This document shows, piece by piece, positions 11,707 to 21,642 of a DNA stretch of 64,000 nt. Every line of letters begins with the position of its first letter. Positions within the stretch are counted from its first letter, which is position 1. The position numbers and the translations under genes were made by a program. The notes under the pieces are model-generated. The model did no database searches, had not been told where the DNA came from, and saw only the letters and a list, made by a program, of their open reading frames with translations. The stretch is from Trueperaceae bacterium (GTDB lineage: Bacteria > Deinococcota > Deinococci > Deinococcales > Trueperaceae): the NCBI GenBank assembly GCA_965213705.1, contig OZ243913.1, positions 4,096,001-4,160,000 on the forward strand, in the 5' to 3' direction.

Positions 11707-11761
11707 GCCCTTGGGCGTGGCATTTGGTTTATCCGGCAAGGTGCAACCGTACCGACATCGT

Positions 11762-12739
11762 TCATGTTTTGTGTCTAGCTTGAGTATCTTCTAACTGTCT
11801 CTGCCACCAAGCCCACGCCGACGTGACAATAGTTTTCAGGTCTGAACGGTAAGGTTGCCAACCGAGTTCCCGGCGTGCCTGGCTCGAGTCCACAACGGGG
11901 CCACCCGTAGGCACGAAAACTTTGGGCTCTAAAGGAACATTCCCAGTTACCCTGCGGCACATCTCGAGTATTTCATCGGTAGAGAAGCCTCGGTCGTTGC
12001 CGAGAATGTAAGTTTTGACATCTCGTAGCTTTAGAGAAGCTAAAGCCAAAACGCAGGCGTTGGCGATATCGACAACATGAAGGTAGTCATTCGTTTCATT
12101 ACGCACCGAAGTCAAATTAGGGCGGTTTTGAGGGGCAGATGTGGCTCGCCCACTTTGAGCGTTCCATAACGTTTGGTGGATCAGGTTCGTCTTCAGCCGC
12201 GGAAATTCACCGTATTCTTCTGACGCTCCTGCAGCGTTGGAGTACTGCAAATGTACATAGCCGAATTCTGAAGGTCGGTCGAGTAAGTTGAGCAGTTCCT
12301 GTATATGTGAGCTTTTGGTGTTAGAACCTTCAGATTTTGCAAAAGATTTGTAAGGAGCACCTAGAGTACCAAACGTACTTAGTAGGTTTGTAGTTGACGA
12401 CAAAACAAATTTTGTTACACCGTGCTTTAGAAGGGTTTTGAAGAGAGTAAGGGTGTTTCCAGTATCGAAGAAGGTTCCAAATTTGTTTTGTTGTAAATTT
12501 TTATCGAGCGACGCAGTAGCAAAGTGAATAACGGCCTCAACATCGTGCTCAAGCGCAGCAAAAGCTAACCTTTCACCCTCTCCGACATCAGCTAAGACGA
12601 AAGCGGCTTCCGGATGTACCGCTCTCCGGTAGCCGGTGCTGAGGTTGTCAAGGACAACAACGTAATGTCCCGTTTTAATTAGCGCTTCGACGGTGACGCT
12701 ACCGACGTATCCTGCTCCCCCGATGACAAGTACGTTCAC
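11762..12739 (-). CDS. GalE/UDP-glucose 4-epimerase-like protein, degenerate
   Basis: GGAGYVGS, DNLSTG, DYLHVVDIA, ELGWQP; no canonical YxxxK at the expected position. Confidence 0.75.
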   Translation of the reverse strand: MNVLVIGGAGYVGSVTVEALIKTGHYVVVLDNLSTGYRRAVHPEAAFVLADVGEGERLAFAALEHDVEAVIHFATASLDKNLQQNKFGTFFDTGNTLTLFKTLLKHGVTKFVLSSTTNLLSTFGTLGAPYKSFAKSEGSNTKSSHIQELLNLLDRPSEFGYVHLQYSNAAGASEEYGEFPRLKTNLIHQTLWNAQSGRATSAPQNRPNLTSVRNETNDYLHVVDIANACVLALASLKLRDVKTYILGNDRGFSTDEILEMCRRVTGNVPLEPKVFVPTGGPVVDSSQARRELGWQPYRSDLKTIVTSAWAWWQRQLEDTQARHKT

Positions 12740-12747
12740 GCGTCACC

Positions 12748-12912
12748 TCAATCGCCTGACGTGCAGAGAAAAAGCGTTTGGCGCGCAGTAGCGTGATCAC
12801 CTGACATATGAATCAGGGTGGGCTCATTCTCCGATACCCCCAGACTCTCTCTGTTCTTACGTTCAGAAGGGTGACTTCTACCACTGCTGGTCCAACCTAA
12901 AGCGTCATTCAT
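12748..12912 (-). CDS. Small hypothetical protein (54 aa)
   Basis: AGGGGGAG RBS before ATG; lies between a predicted promoter and the galE-like gene. Confidence 0.35.
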   Translation of the reverse strand: MNDALGWTSSGRSHPSERKNRESLGVSENEPTLIHMSGDHATARQTLFLCTSGD

Positions 12913-13056
12913 TACTCCCCCTGTTGTTACAACGACGCTCAGGAATAATCCCCTCAAGAAAAAGCTGATGTTCTAGGCGTTGAGAATATCTTAAGGATGT
13001 TGAAAACCTGTTGAAAGGCAGAAAAGGCTTCGTTGAAGAAGTGTTGAAATCGCCCT

Positions 13057-16023
13057 TTAGGACAGGTTTTTCTCTAAACTTTCCCACCTACGCCGTATCA
13101 ACAAAGCCGCCGCACTATTGTGAGTATGCTCGTAAAGGAGACCGAGTTCTTCGTAAGCTTCATACAATAAAGAGTCAATCTGGATAGCTTTTTCATACAT
13201 TTCGACAGCAAGTTGCGGTGCGGCTTCTTGGTTTTGGCGTGCGGCAACAAGGGCAAACGAAGCTGCCAGCTGCTCGTAGTAACGCCTAGCTTCCAACACC
13301 CAGTCGCTATCGTGGAGGGGCAGAAACTCTCCCTGGTAATCCCTAACCGCCTGCAACAGCGCACTACTTGAAATACTGCCGACGTCAGCTGTCCTCAGCA
13401 AAGCATTGATGTCGGAAACAACTTCGATGTCTTCGCTTAGTCCATAAGTACCGTCTATGGTGGGTATAGGGTCGAGTTGAACGTCGAGCACTTGGGTAAG
13501 GGTTTCGCGCAAGCGCCTCACGTGTTGGGCAAGGGTTTGCTTGGCCGAGCGCAAACTCGCTTCGGGCCAGAGTGCGTCTGCGATGGTGTCGGTACGAGTT
13601 CTCCCATGAACAGCCAGATAAGCCAACACCTCTTGAGGTTTCGAGGAAAGTTTGACTTCTTTGCCGTCAATTTGTACCTCGAACCCACCGAGCAGGTTCA
13701 GCTCGAGTCTCGGATTAAAGGAGGGAATTACGTTTGTGTAGGTAAAACTGAGGTAGGGGCGAAACCGCTCAGCAAACCAACCTCGCTGAATACATTCACG
13801 GTAAAAACCAAGCAGTGTTATCGCGTATCGCTGAAGGGGCCAATCATAGCCGAAGCTGTCGAGGTTACTTATGAAGGCGGCAACTTGCATACTGTCAAGC
13901 GTTCCTTCTCGGCGGGCGATTTCAAGAAGATGGCCGTGAGCTGTGACGAGTTCAAACGCATCGTCGTGTTGCTGAGCATAGCCATAAGCTTGTTCGAACG
14001 CATCTTTGGCGGCTTTTAAATCGCCATCTACAAGCTTAAGTTCCCCTTCGGCACGGTTGATATGGGCAATACCACTTACATCTTCAGGACTCACCAAAGC
14101 TTTTGCCTTGGCAAGGGGTTCTTCGCCTGCACCTGTCTTGTCGAGGTAAGCGTACATGGAGGCAACGTCAGCAAAGGCATTGACGGCTCGCGAGATGATT
14201 TGAAAGTCCAGGAAAAGTTCAGCGGACGTTTCGTAGTCTCGTAAAGCATCTCCAAACTGTCCTAATTGCTCGTAGACCATCGCCCGCTGATAGAGCATGA
14301 ACGGCTCTGCCAGAGGATAATCGTACTCGCTGTTGAGCAGCATTTGCTCGAGGTAAGGTAGGCTTTCCTGAGCGCGGCCCACTAGCCAGAGCGTATTCGC
14401 GTACGTATCGACAGCCGACATAGCCTTTTTCGGTGCGTCTCGGAGGAGCGCGAGGTCGATGGCGCGGCGTCCGGTAGCTAGGGACTCATCAATGCGGCCA
14501 AGGTTCTTTAAGACGAATTGGTAAACAGCTAGGACGGATGCGATGAGCCCTGGTTCGCCTTGGCGCTCTGCGCGGCGCACACACTCCTCTGCTGCTTTTA
14601 ACGCTTCTTCCTTACGATTTTGGTTGACAAGGGCAGTGGCCTTAACTCGGAGCAGTTCTATGTACTCACGTTGGTCACCCTCTAGGGCAAAACCCGCATC
14701 GGCGTGAGCCAGGGCTTTTTGACCCTCACCGTGCCGATAGTCGAGCAATGCAAGTCCAAAGTAAGTTGTTCTCGTCGCTGTTCCCACTTTCACCTGGTCG
14801 TTGAACAGCTCCAGGCCAGCGTCGGGGGCGCGGGTTTCTACATAGGCGAGGCCAAGCATCGTTAGCGCGTAAGGGGACAGAGTTTCCTTTGGGAAGGGCT
14901 CGAGCACCTTGCGGATTAGCGGCCACTCGGCTCGTCTCTGGTAACGGGGCAACACTTCATCGAGTAGGCGTCGTGCTTTCTCAAAACGTCCCGCCACTCG
15001 GTAATGACTGATGGCCGTCAACATCTCACCAGCAGTCTCGGCAACCTGCGCAGCTCTGGTGTGCAAGTCAGCGTGGCGCACAGGGTCTAGGAGGAGTTGT
15101 TCTTCCAACGTATCGAGAAGGACCTTATGCGGTTGGTACTTGCCATTTCCTAAAGCTTTTAAGGGTAGTCCTACACGCTTAGCCTCGAGAAGCCAAGTTC
15201 GGGGAAGCCTCAACCGTAACGCTTCTGCGTTTTCGCTGGACCAAACGTGGAGTACCGCAGCCTCAGGAATAGAAGTGCGTGTATCTTCCGGCAGATAAGC
15301 GAGAATCCCGCGCACCAAGTCTTGTGGGGCCGCCTTGAGAGGCGCACCGTGCAACAACATGCCGAGTGCCGCCGGCCAGCCTCTGACGGTTTCCCAAGCC
15401 TCTGCTGCGTCTATGCCTAAAGTTGCTCCCTGAAAAAGTGATTGTGTTTCCGCCAGTGAAAAGGCTAAATCTTCTTCGCTAAGGATGAGCGCCTGCCCTG
15501 AAGCGATGAAGCGGCTAAAATCAATGGCAATGTCGCCACCCCAGTAGGTCGCGGCGACTTGATGGCCTTCACCTAGGCGTCTCAAGAAGGTTGTGAGCCA
15601 ACGGCCGGACTCCTCGCTAAGGCTCTCGAGACCTTCGAGCACAATGAGAAGGTCTTGTTCCAGCAGGTTGAGGTCCGAGGCAAGGGCGTTGGCGAGCTGC
15701 CCAGGGTGGGCGTCGAGCACCACCGCATGCTCCCAGCCGGCAAGTCGGCTGTCCGGCAATGCTGCGGTGACGGCTTTGGCTATGGAGCGGCCGATAACCA
15801 ACGCCTCGCTGTCTTCGGAGCTTAAGTTTACCCAGGCTGTCGACTTGCTACCCATGCGAGTGAATTGAGCAACCAATGTACTTTTTCCGTAGCCTGCCGG
15901 GCCAACGACCAACAGGAGTAGCTTGTCGCCTGCCGCTGCGAGCCGCTCGAGTAAGTGAGAGCGGCTAACCTCGAACGGATGAGCCAACGGAATGGCGTAC
16001 TTAGGGTTGACCCTCTGTGCCAT
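13057..16023 (-). CDS. MalT-like STAND ATPase / TPR / C-terminal wHTH-BTAD transcriptional regulator
   Basis: GPAGYGKS, LAFSLAET, GWPAAL, helical repeats, C-terminal LLGGFEV...LWPE...YQGEFL. Confidence 0.88.
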   Translation of the reverse strand: MAQRVNPKYAIPLAHPFEVSRSHLLERLAAAGDKLLLLVVGPAGYGKSTLVAQFTRMGSKSTAWVNLSSEDSEALVIGRSIAKAVTAALPDSRLAGWEHAVVLDAHPGQLANALASDLNLLEQDLLIVLEGLESLSEESGRWLTTFLRRLGEGHQVAATYWGGDIAIDFSRFIASGQALILSEEDLAFSLAETQSLFQGATLGIDAAEAWETVRGWPAALGMLLHGAPLKAAPQDLVRGILAYLPEDTRTSIPEAAVLHVWSSENAEALRLRLPRTWLLEAKRVGLPLKALGNGKYQPHKVLLDTLEEQLLLDPVRHADLHTRAAQVAETAGEMLTAISHYRVAGRFEKARRLLDEVLPRYQRRAEWPLIRKVLEPFPKETLSPYALTMLGLAYVETRAPDAGLELFNDQVKVGTATRTTYFGLALLDYRHGEGQKALAHADAGFALEGDQREYIELLRVKATALVNQNRKEEALKAAEECVRRAERQGEPGLIASVLAVYQFVLKNLGRIDESLATGRRAIDLALLRDAPKKAMSAVDTYANTLWLVGRAQESLPYLEQMLLNSEYDYPLAEPFMLYQRAMVYEQLGQFGDALRDYETSAELFLDFQIISRAVNAFADVASMYAYLDKTGAGEEPLAKAKALVSPEDVSGIAHINRAEGELKLVDGDLKAAKDAFEQAYGYAQQHDDAFELVTAHGHLLEIARREGTLDSMQVAAFISNLDSFGYDWPLQRYAITLLGFYRECIQRGWFAERFRPYLSFTYTNVIPSFNPRLELNLLGGFEVQIDGKEVKLSSKPQEVLAYLAVHGRTRTDTIADALWPEASLRSAKQTLAQHVRRLRETLTQVLDVQLDPIPTIDGTYGLSEDIEVVSDINALLRTADVGSISSSALLQAVRDYQGEFLPLHDSDWVLEARRYYEQLAASFALVAARQNQEAAPQLAVEMYEKAIQIDSLLYEAYEELGLLYEHTHNSAAALLIRRRWESLEKNLS

Positions 16024-16040
16024 AGAGCAAGTGTAGACCG

Positions 16041-16481
16041 CTATGCAGATTCGAAAAGTTCCTGTACGACGACCCGAATCGTTTTGAAATCATTAGGCTC
16101 GAGCGTAGCTAGGTGTTGCTGGAGGCGTTTCGGGTCGAACGCCCGAAGCTGATTCACGACTGCGTAGCTAGTTTTTCCTTTAATCGTGATGGGGATGTGA
16201 TAGGGCCGGTCTCTCGCCGAGCTGGTGAGGGGCACACCGATAAAGAGCTGATCGTAGAACTTCCGCACGATGATGACTGGCCGCCAATAACGCTTTGACT
16301 TGCCATCAATTTCGCTTCCGGTGTTGTGTCCTATCGCGCAGCGCCAGACCTGCCCCTCCAGAAATGGTTTGCGCGGCTTATCTTTGTCTTCTAATTGTCG
16401 TTGATACTCGGCCCAAGCCTGAAAGTCTTTCACTGGTACGTCACATATCTCCTCCGGAGAGGTTAGGGTGTGTCGCTTCAA
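16041..16481 (-). CDS. PemK/MazF-family endoribonuclease toxin
   Basis: GQVWRCAIGHNTGSEIDGK...RPVII...VPLTS...QLRAFDPKRL. Confidence 0.85.
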   Translation of the reverse strand: MKRHTLTSPEEICDVPVKDFQAWAEYQRQLEDKDKPRKPFLEGQVWRCAIGHNTGSEIDGKSKRYWRPVIIVRKFYDQLFIGVPLTSSARDRPYHIPITIKGKTSYAVVNQLRAFDPKRLQQHLATLEPNDFKTIRVVVQELFESA

Positions 16482-16483
16482 TC

Positions 16484-16513
16484 TTGAAAAACTATCCTTA
16501 TGTTTGCTATACT
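16484..16513 (+). promoter_or_regulatory. Sigma70-type promoter of ssrA
   Basis: TTGAAA-N18-TATACT with extended TG. Confidence 0.65.
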
Positions 16514-16538
16514 AGCAGCTCGCCTAAAGGGCACTCGT

Positions 16539-16901
16539 GGGGACGACCAGGTTTCGACGGGGGTCAATGAGGGTGAGGTTGCAGGCCGGGGATGGTGGTT
16601 GGCCCCGTAAAAATCCACCAAAGCCATTAACTGGCAAACAACAGCCCAACTGGGCTCTTGCTGCGTAACCAATCGTAGCGTGTCCGCCGCCTGATCGCCG
16701 TTGTTGGGTGACCGGACATCATTTAGACGGCTCGGTTTAGGTTTCGCATGTTGAACCTAGACGACGTTAAAGACGTGTAAGCCTCGGCACAACGCCTGCT
16801 CGTGAGCCGAGCCGGGGCCGACAATTTGATCAGGAGCTAAGCCTGTAGACGCCCATCTGAAGGGCCTTCGGACGCGGGTTCGACTCCCGCCGTCTCCACC
16901 A
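16539..16901 (+). ncRNA. ssrA: tmRNA; tag peptide (A)GKQQPNWALAA at 16633-16668
   Basis: 5' GGGGACG...GGTTTCGAC; 3' T-arm GGTTCGACTCC and CGTCTCCACCA; resume codon after TAACT; tag ends ALAA-stop. Confidence 0.97.
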
Positions 16902-16930
16902 AAAAAGGGCCACCTTAAGGTGGCCCTTTC
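16902..16930. terminator. Bidirectional intrinsic terminator
   Basis: AAAGGGCCACC-TTAA-GGTGGCCCTTT between convergent ssrA and the element operon. Confidence 0.85.
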
Positions 16931-16941
16931 TCATTTTCAAT

Positions 16942-17622
16942 CTAGTCAGCCGTAGGTGTTTTTCGCCCTAACCGCCGCGTCAATGCCTGCGCTCCCCGAA
17001 ACATCCAGGCCTCGAGCGGCAACGTGTCCAGCGCCTCTTCCACAGTGGGGATGAAGCCCAAGTCGGTTTTGATGTGCGACTCAGCAATGAGGCGCGTCGG
17101 CACACCGTTAGGCAACTCGAGCCCAAACACCTCCTCAACCGTTTGGATGCCCAAAGTGGTGTGTAAGAGGACTCTGTGTCTAGCATCAGGCAAGTGCAGT
17201 CTCGAGCTTTCGAGGAAAGTGTGGATTGGCAAGAAGGCATCTGCTTGACCTCCGAATCGCTTAACACTCCACCTTGCATGAACACTCGGCGTATCGCTGT
17301 CGTAGTTCTCGAGCATCCAGCGTTCTAAAGGCAAGTTCTGAAAACACTGCTGCACACTCGGGATGAACGAAAAGTCCTCCTGCACATGCTGCTCAGCTAA
17401 GGCGCGGGTGGGAATGGGATTGTGGCTCGAGTCCTCAATAGTTACCCCGAACTTCTGTTCTGCGATGAAGATGCCCAAGCTTTGATGTCTCAAGCAGCGG
17501 TGCCGGGCATCGGCAACGTGCGCTTTGGTAGCATCGAACCAACTATGCAAAGCCAGGTAATCTTCTACCCGACCTCCAAAACGTTTGAAACTCGAGAGGG
17601 CGTGGTGATAAGGATGTGCCAT
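16942..17622 (-). CDS. Tandem DUF6915-like domain protein
   Basis: Two copies of H..SxKRFGG..D.L.xH.F.....H..DARHR...H..LGI...E..FG...PTR..AE.H...D..FIP. Confidence 0.75.
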   Translation of the reverse strand: MAHPYHHALSSFKRFGGRVEDYLALHSWFDATKAHVADARHRCLRHQSLGIFIAEQKFGVTIEDSSHNPIPTRALAEQHVQEDFSFIPSVQQCFQNLPLERWMLENYDSDTPSVHARWSVKRFGGQADAFLPIHTFLESSRLHLPDARHRVLLHTTLGIQTVEEVFGLELPNGVPTRLIAESHIKTDLGFIPTVEEALDTLPLEAWMFRGAQALTRRLGRKTPTAD

Positions 17623-17623
17623 G

Positions 17624-18025
17624 TTAAGCGTCCTCGTCCGCAAGAACCCACACCAGGTAGCTGTGCCCGACCTTATCAAGCATCAGCCCGATGAGGTAGC
17701 GCTGTGCGTCGGTAAGTGGGTGTGTTTGGAAGTCGGTCTGGAGAATCTCTTCCTTCGTTAGGCGTTTTTTAAGAGCAGCGTTGATGCCTTTTGCGAGGTC
17801 GTCGCTTTCCAAGCCGCTCGAGCTGAGGTCGGCCAAGGTGTGCTCTTGGTAGTAGATGTCCAGCGGCGTACAACTCGGCCATTCAGCCTGTCGATAGCTG
17901 TTCAACGTCTCGACGGCTTTGACGTGCTGTTCGTCAGGAAACACGCGTTCGGGATAGCCGCCGTCTTGCTCATAGTAGAACTGGTCGTCGTAGTCGTAAC
18001 TCTTAGTCATGATGAGGTAAGGCAC
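17624..18025 (-). CDS. Hypothetical protein
   Basis: GTG start with AAGGAGG RBS; co-oriented in operon. Confidence 0.6.
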   Translation of the reverse strand: MPYLIMTKSYDYDDQFYYEQDGGYPERVFPDEQHVKAVETLNSYRQAEWPSCTPLDIYYQEHTLADLSSSGLESDDLAKGINAALKKRLTKEEILQTDFQTHPLTDAQRYLIGLMLDKVGHSYLVWVLADEDA

Positions 18026-18521
18026 CTTGACCTCCTTCGACACCGTTTGTTGCTTTTGATTCGACCAGAAGGTCTTCGGCGTTCTCTTTAACAAACACCT
18101 TGGTTGGCAGTTTGGGTGAGGCCCTCAAGTTAACCTCGACGTCGTAACCCTTCTCGATTCCGCAGAGTTCCAAGTTGTAGACCTCGTCGTAGTACACGTC
18201 GGCCAGCCACAGCACCGGGTCTTCAGGGGCGGCTTCTTTCAAGTCGGCTTGCAAACTCGGCGATTCAGCCAGCAGCACCAGGAGCCCCACATCGTCGTCG
18301 GGCAGAAGCAGGGGTTGTTCCTCTCTAATCACGGTAATTTGACTGGGACCGAAGCTGTAGTAATGATTGTTGTCGTCATACTCTTGAACCGCTTGCACAG
18401 TAATTGTCGTTGCGCCTGGGTAGTAACGGTTACAAAAGGCATCTAAAACTTGGAAGTTGTGATAGTCCTCGTGTTCTTCGATGACCCGTTGTAAGTCGTG
18501 CCAGCTCAGTTCTTGGTCCAT
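18003..18521 (-). CDS. Hypothetical acidic protein
   Basis: MDQELSWHDL start with AAGGAG RBS; overlaps neighbours. Confidence 0.65.
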   Translation of the reverse strand: MDQELSWHDLQRVIEEHEDYHNFQVLDAFCNRYYPGATTITVQAVQEYDDNNHYYSFGPSQITVIREEQPLLLPDDDVGLLVLLAESPSLQADLKEAAPEDPVLWLADVYYDEVYNLELCGIEKGYDVEVNLRASPKLPTKVFVKENAEDLLVESKATNGVEGGQGALPHHD

Positions 18522-19141
18522 GATGCACGCTCCTTGGCTGCCTTGCGGACACGAATATCCGCGTTGCTGAGGTAGGGCTCGAGGGGTTGACGGGGATTCA
18601 AGGCCAGCGCCACTTTCGCCAGCACCGGCAAGTCGTTGGGTGTTTCTACTAAAGCGCACTCCAGGTAACAAAAGAAGTCGCCGAGCAGGATGAACCTTGC
18701 CAAGGGGGAGTAAGTTCTTGGGATGTCTAACTTCTCCAGGCTCACCTTTAACAGGTATTCGAGGCACAAGGGAGGCAAGTGAGAGGCCAGGAAGCGCTTG
18801 AGCCTCTCACCGTTTAGAGGTTGCGTCACTTCTTCGGGAATGAGGTTGACAAAGATGTCGCTCGGCTCGAGCTGCGTCCCCTCGCAAACATTGACGTGAT
18901 GCTCGAGCCGGTCAAGAAAACTGGTGTTGAAGCGCAGAGCGGATTCGAGTATCTCCGCATTTGTCTTCGGATGCGACACCAGATGTGACAGCACCTGCTC
19001 GTCACCGGTTCGCTTAGCGGCTTCGTCGAATACCCAAGCGGGTGGCGAGGCGTCGGCCAGCAGTTCGCAGAGTTCGCCACTTGTCAAAGCACCGACCGCG
19101 TTCGGGTCGGCGGCAATCCTCAACAGCAGTTCAGCTCGCAA
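18506..19141 (-). CDS. Hypothetical alpha-helical repeat protein
   Basis: Repeated xxHPxT / LNP motifs; coupled to neighbours. Confidence 0.6.
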   Translation of the reverse strand: MRAELLLRIAADPNAVGALTSGELCELLADASPPAWVFDEAAKRTGDEQVLSHLVSHPKTNAEILESALRFNTSFLDRLEHHVNVCEGTQLEPSDIFVNLIPEEVTQPLNGERLKRFLASHLPPLCLEYLLKVSLEKLDIPRTYSPLARFILLGDFFCYLECALVETPNDLPVLAKVALALNPRQPLEPYLSNADIRVRKAAKERASWTKN

Positions 19142-20267
19142 GGCGGGTTACCTCTCCAAAGGGAAAGGCGTCGGTAGGCAAGCCGCCTTCACTCACGACC
19201 CATAAACAAGCGTGGTCACAAGAGATGGGGAAACTGCCATAACCGTCGGTGAAGATGACGAGGGGGGTGGAGAGCTCGAGGTCTTTCACACTCTCGAAGA
19301 ACGGAATGAAGCTCGTGCCCCCACCGCCTTTGGGCGGGGGAACAACCGTGTCCTGAGTCAGGTCGAAAGGTCCGTAGAGTTCGGTGTCGCCATAGGTGAG
19401 GGTGACTTTCACCCCTGGATAGGCATTCAATATGCCTTTCAACTCCGCCAAGAACTGCCCCTGAGACTCTGCATCGTGGAGACTGCCACTGGTGTCGATG
19501 TGAACGGCGGCGGTCAAACCTTGACTCTCGAGCGTCTCGACGTAGATGCCCGCGTAGATGAGCCGAGTATCGAACGCACCGTAGTCGTCATTCGTGTTGA
19601 CGAGGTAGCGCATCAAGACCTCACGCCAGTCGACCTGTTGTTTGCCGAGGACCAGCGCGAGTTCGACGCCGAGCGGCAGTGTGCCCACTCCCGTCATCCG
19701 AGCTAAAGTGGCGGCGCGGCGGAGAACGCCTTGCCAGTGCTCTCGCAAGTCTTCAACCGCTTTCCCTGAAGCGTCGGTGTTGGGCTCGAGCAAATCTTCG
19801 CCTAGTCCGTTACCTCCTCCCTCGCCACTGCCAAGCTCGACTGTGACCGTCGTAGCCTTCACTAACAGCTGCTCATACACTTCCTCGGTACTGAGGTGCT
19901 CGAGCCCTCCATCGCGGGCGATGTCGGCCGGTGCTGTTAAGCCGCTCAATATGAGCATCCCATTCACCACGATGTCGGCTGCAATGTTCCATAACCTAGG
20001 CTCGCGAGTACCCCGCCGCAACGGATGTGACAGCGCGCAGTGCAGCACCTCGTGGGCATAGATGAACAGCTTCTCGGGAACCGGCCGGGTTGTAAAGCCG
20101 CTCGGACTCAGGTAGATGCGCTTGCCGTCGGTGGCCGCTACTGAGATTTGAGGATGCTCTTGGATGAGGACTTCGGCGTGAAGGGCGATGGTGGCTAAGA
20201 AGGGCGCACGTTTCAACAGCTTGAGGTTGAGTTCGCTTACCTTCTCTTTCGTGGCCTTGTCATTCAT
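19131..20267 (-). CDS. Metallopeptidase-VWA domain protein (DUF2201-like)
   Basis: AATDG, HEVLH (HExxH), WNIAADIVVN; MIDAS DTSGS...GGGTSF...FTDG. Confidence 0.88.
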   Translation of the reverse strand: MNDKATKEKVSELNLKLLKRAPFLATIALHAEVLIQEHPQISVAATDGKRIYLSPSGFTTRPVPEKLFIYAHEVLHCALSHPLRRGTREPRLWNIAADIVVNGMLILSGLTAPADIARDGGLEHLSTEEVYEQLLVKATTVTVELGSGEGGGNGLGEDLLEPNTDASGKAVEDLREHWQGVLRRAATLARMTGVGTLPLGVELALVLGKQQVDWREVLMRYLVNTNDDYGAFDTRLIYAGIYVETLESQGLTAAVHIDTSGSLHDAESQGQFLAELKGILNAYPGVKVTLTYGDTELYGPFDLTQDTVVPPPKGGGGTSFIPFFESVKDLELSTPLVIFTDGYGSFPISCDHACLWVVSEGGLPTDAFPFGEVTRLAS

Positions 20268-21280
20268 GCCGCCACCTCGGTGATATGGCGAAGACTTGCC
20301 ATGATGGCCTCGTCGTTTGCCACAGCCCCGGCGAGTTCTAAATACAGACCTTTGGCTTGTAGCGTTTTGACAACGATGCTGGTAGCGACTTGCAAGAACT
20401 CACCGGGTGCTTTGCTGCTGAGCCAGCTGAGGACGTGGCGTCCTTGTTCGACATCTTGGGTGCGTAGGGCAAGAGCTGTCGTCACTGCGTACCGTTGACT
20501 CGCTTCGGCGGGAAAGAGAATGCTCTTGCCTCTACCCTCGAGGATCGGCGTCAAGTCGGGTAGTTCGTCTTTGAGGGCACGGTAGGCTTGGAACTCCGCA
20601 GCGACCGCTTCACCGACAGCCGGTGCGAGGGTGCGACCTGCTTGTAAACGCGGCCAGACGTTCTCGAACCAAATCCTCGGACTCGGCCAGGCGACCGCAT
20701 CGGCCTCGAAGCGGTGCAGGCACTCGGGGCGGAACCTCAAGAAACCGATGATGTCTTCGTGGACGCCTTGTTTGATGAAGTACTCGAGGGCGCTCTCCAA
20801 GTCGGGTACCAGGGTGTAGTGGTCGAAGCGGTTGGCGACGTCGGCGGGCATGTCGAAAGAGCCGGTTTTATCTCCCTTACGGTTGCCGGTAGCGAAGACG
20901 AACCAACCTTCGGGTAAGCAATAGCTCATCGTTTTACGTTCGTGGATGAGTTGTTGGGCGATGCCCTGCATGGTGAAGGGTGCCCGAACAATCTCGTCGA
21001 TGAGGAGGATGCCTTTGCCTTCAGTGGGCAACCCATCCGGGGGTAACCACTGGGTTGTCTTCCCATTAGGAACGGGAACGCCGTTGATTTCGACGGGCGA
21101 CTTGTCGCAGATGCGGAAGACGCGGTGCTCGAGGCCCGTCTCTTTCGCCACCTGTTCGGTGATGCGGGTTTTGCCCAAGCCGGGAGCGCCCCAAATCATG
21201 AGGGGGCGCTGGTAGTCGGACTCGATGGCCCAGGTGAGTTCTCGAACCAAGTCTTTGGCGGTGAGTTCGTGTCCGTACAT
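20264..21280 (-). CDS. MoxR/dynein-like AAA+ ATPase partnered with the VWA protein
   Basis: GAPGLGKT, LLIDE, ATGN, ANRF, SPR.W. Confidence 0.88.
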   Translation of the reverse strand: MYGHELTAKDLVRELTWAIESDYQRPLMIWGAPGLGKTRITEQVAKETGLEHRVFRICDKSPVEINGVPVPNGKTTQWLPPDGLPTEGKGILLIDEIVRAPFTMQGIAQQLIHERKTMSYCLPEGWFVFATGNRKGDKTGSFDMPADVANRFDHYTLVPDLESALEYFIKQGVHEDIIGFLRFRPECLHRFEADAVAWPSPRIWFENVWPRLQAGRTLAPAVGEAVAAEFQAYRALKDELPDLTPILEGRGKSILFPAEASQRYAVTTALALRTQDVEQGRHVLSWLSSKAPGEFLQVATSIVVKTLQAKGLYLELAGAVANDEAIMASLRHITEVAA

Positions 21281-21300
21281 GACTTGTCCTTTCTCAAACG

Positions 21301-21570
21301 TCAGTCAATATCTCGGTAGTCGAAGCTGCTGAGGGCGAACAGACCTTGGAGCGTGCGGTTCCGTTCTAAAACAGGCTTCTCGGCTAACTGCTCTAAGGTG
21401 TCGACGAGCTTGCGGTGTTCGTCGCTGGTCATGTAGCGCAGGCTGCTACAGCCGGTAATCGCGTGTTGCAGGCGGTGGCGTTCGTCATCGGCGAGGCCGA
21501 GCTGGTTGAACAGCACGAAAATGGTGCCGCGGATGTCGGCCCATTCGTCGGGGTCGAGATGTCGGCGCAT
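21301..21570 (-). CDS. Small protein resembling phage Mu GemA/DUF1018
   Basis: LGLADDERHRLQHAITGCSSLRYMT; AAGGAG RBS. Confidence 0.55.
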   Translation of the reverse strand: MRRHLDPDEWADIRGTIFVLFNQLGLADDERHRLQHAITGCSSLRYMTSDEHRKLVDTLEQLAEKPVLERNRTLQGLFALSSFDYRDID

Positions 21571-21592
21571 AGAGGCTCCTTTGCACGAAAAG

Positions 21593-21618
21593 ACCGGTGC
21601 AAGTCGACTTGCACCGGT
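21593..21618 (-). terminator. Perfect 26-bp palindrome followed by CTTTT on the minus strand
   Basis: ACCGGTGCAAGTC/GACTTGCACCGGT. Confidence 0.6.
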
Positions 21619-21642
21619 TCGTTGGCTACGTGAGGTAAGGGT

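Noticed and set aside
16880..16941. Defined att site and integrase at ssrA
   Set aside because: No integrase and no second copy of the ssrA 3' end seen in the window
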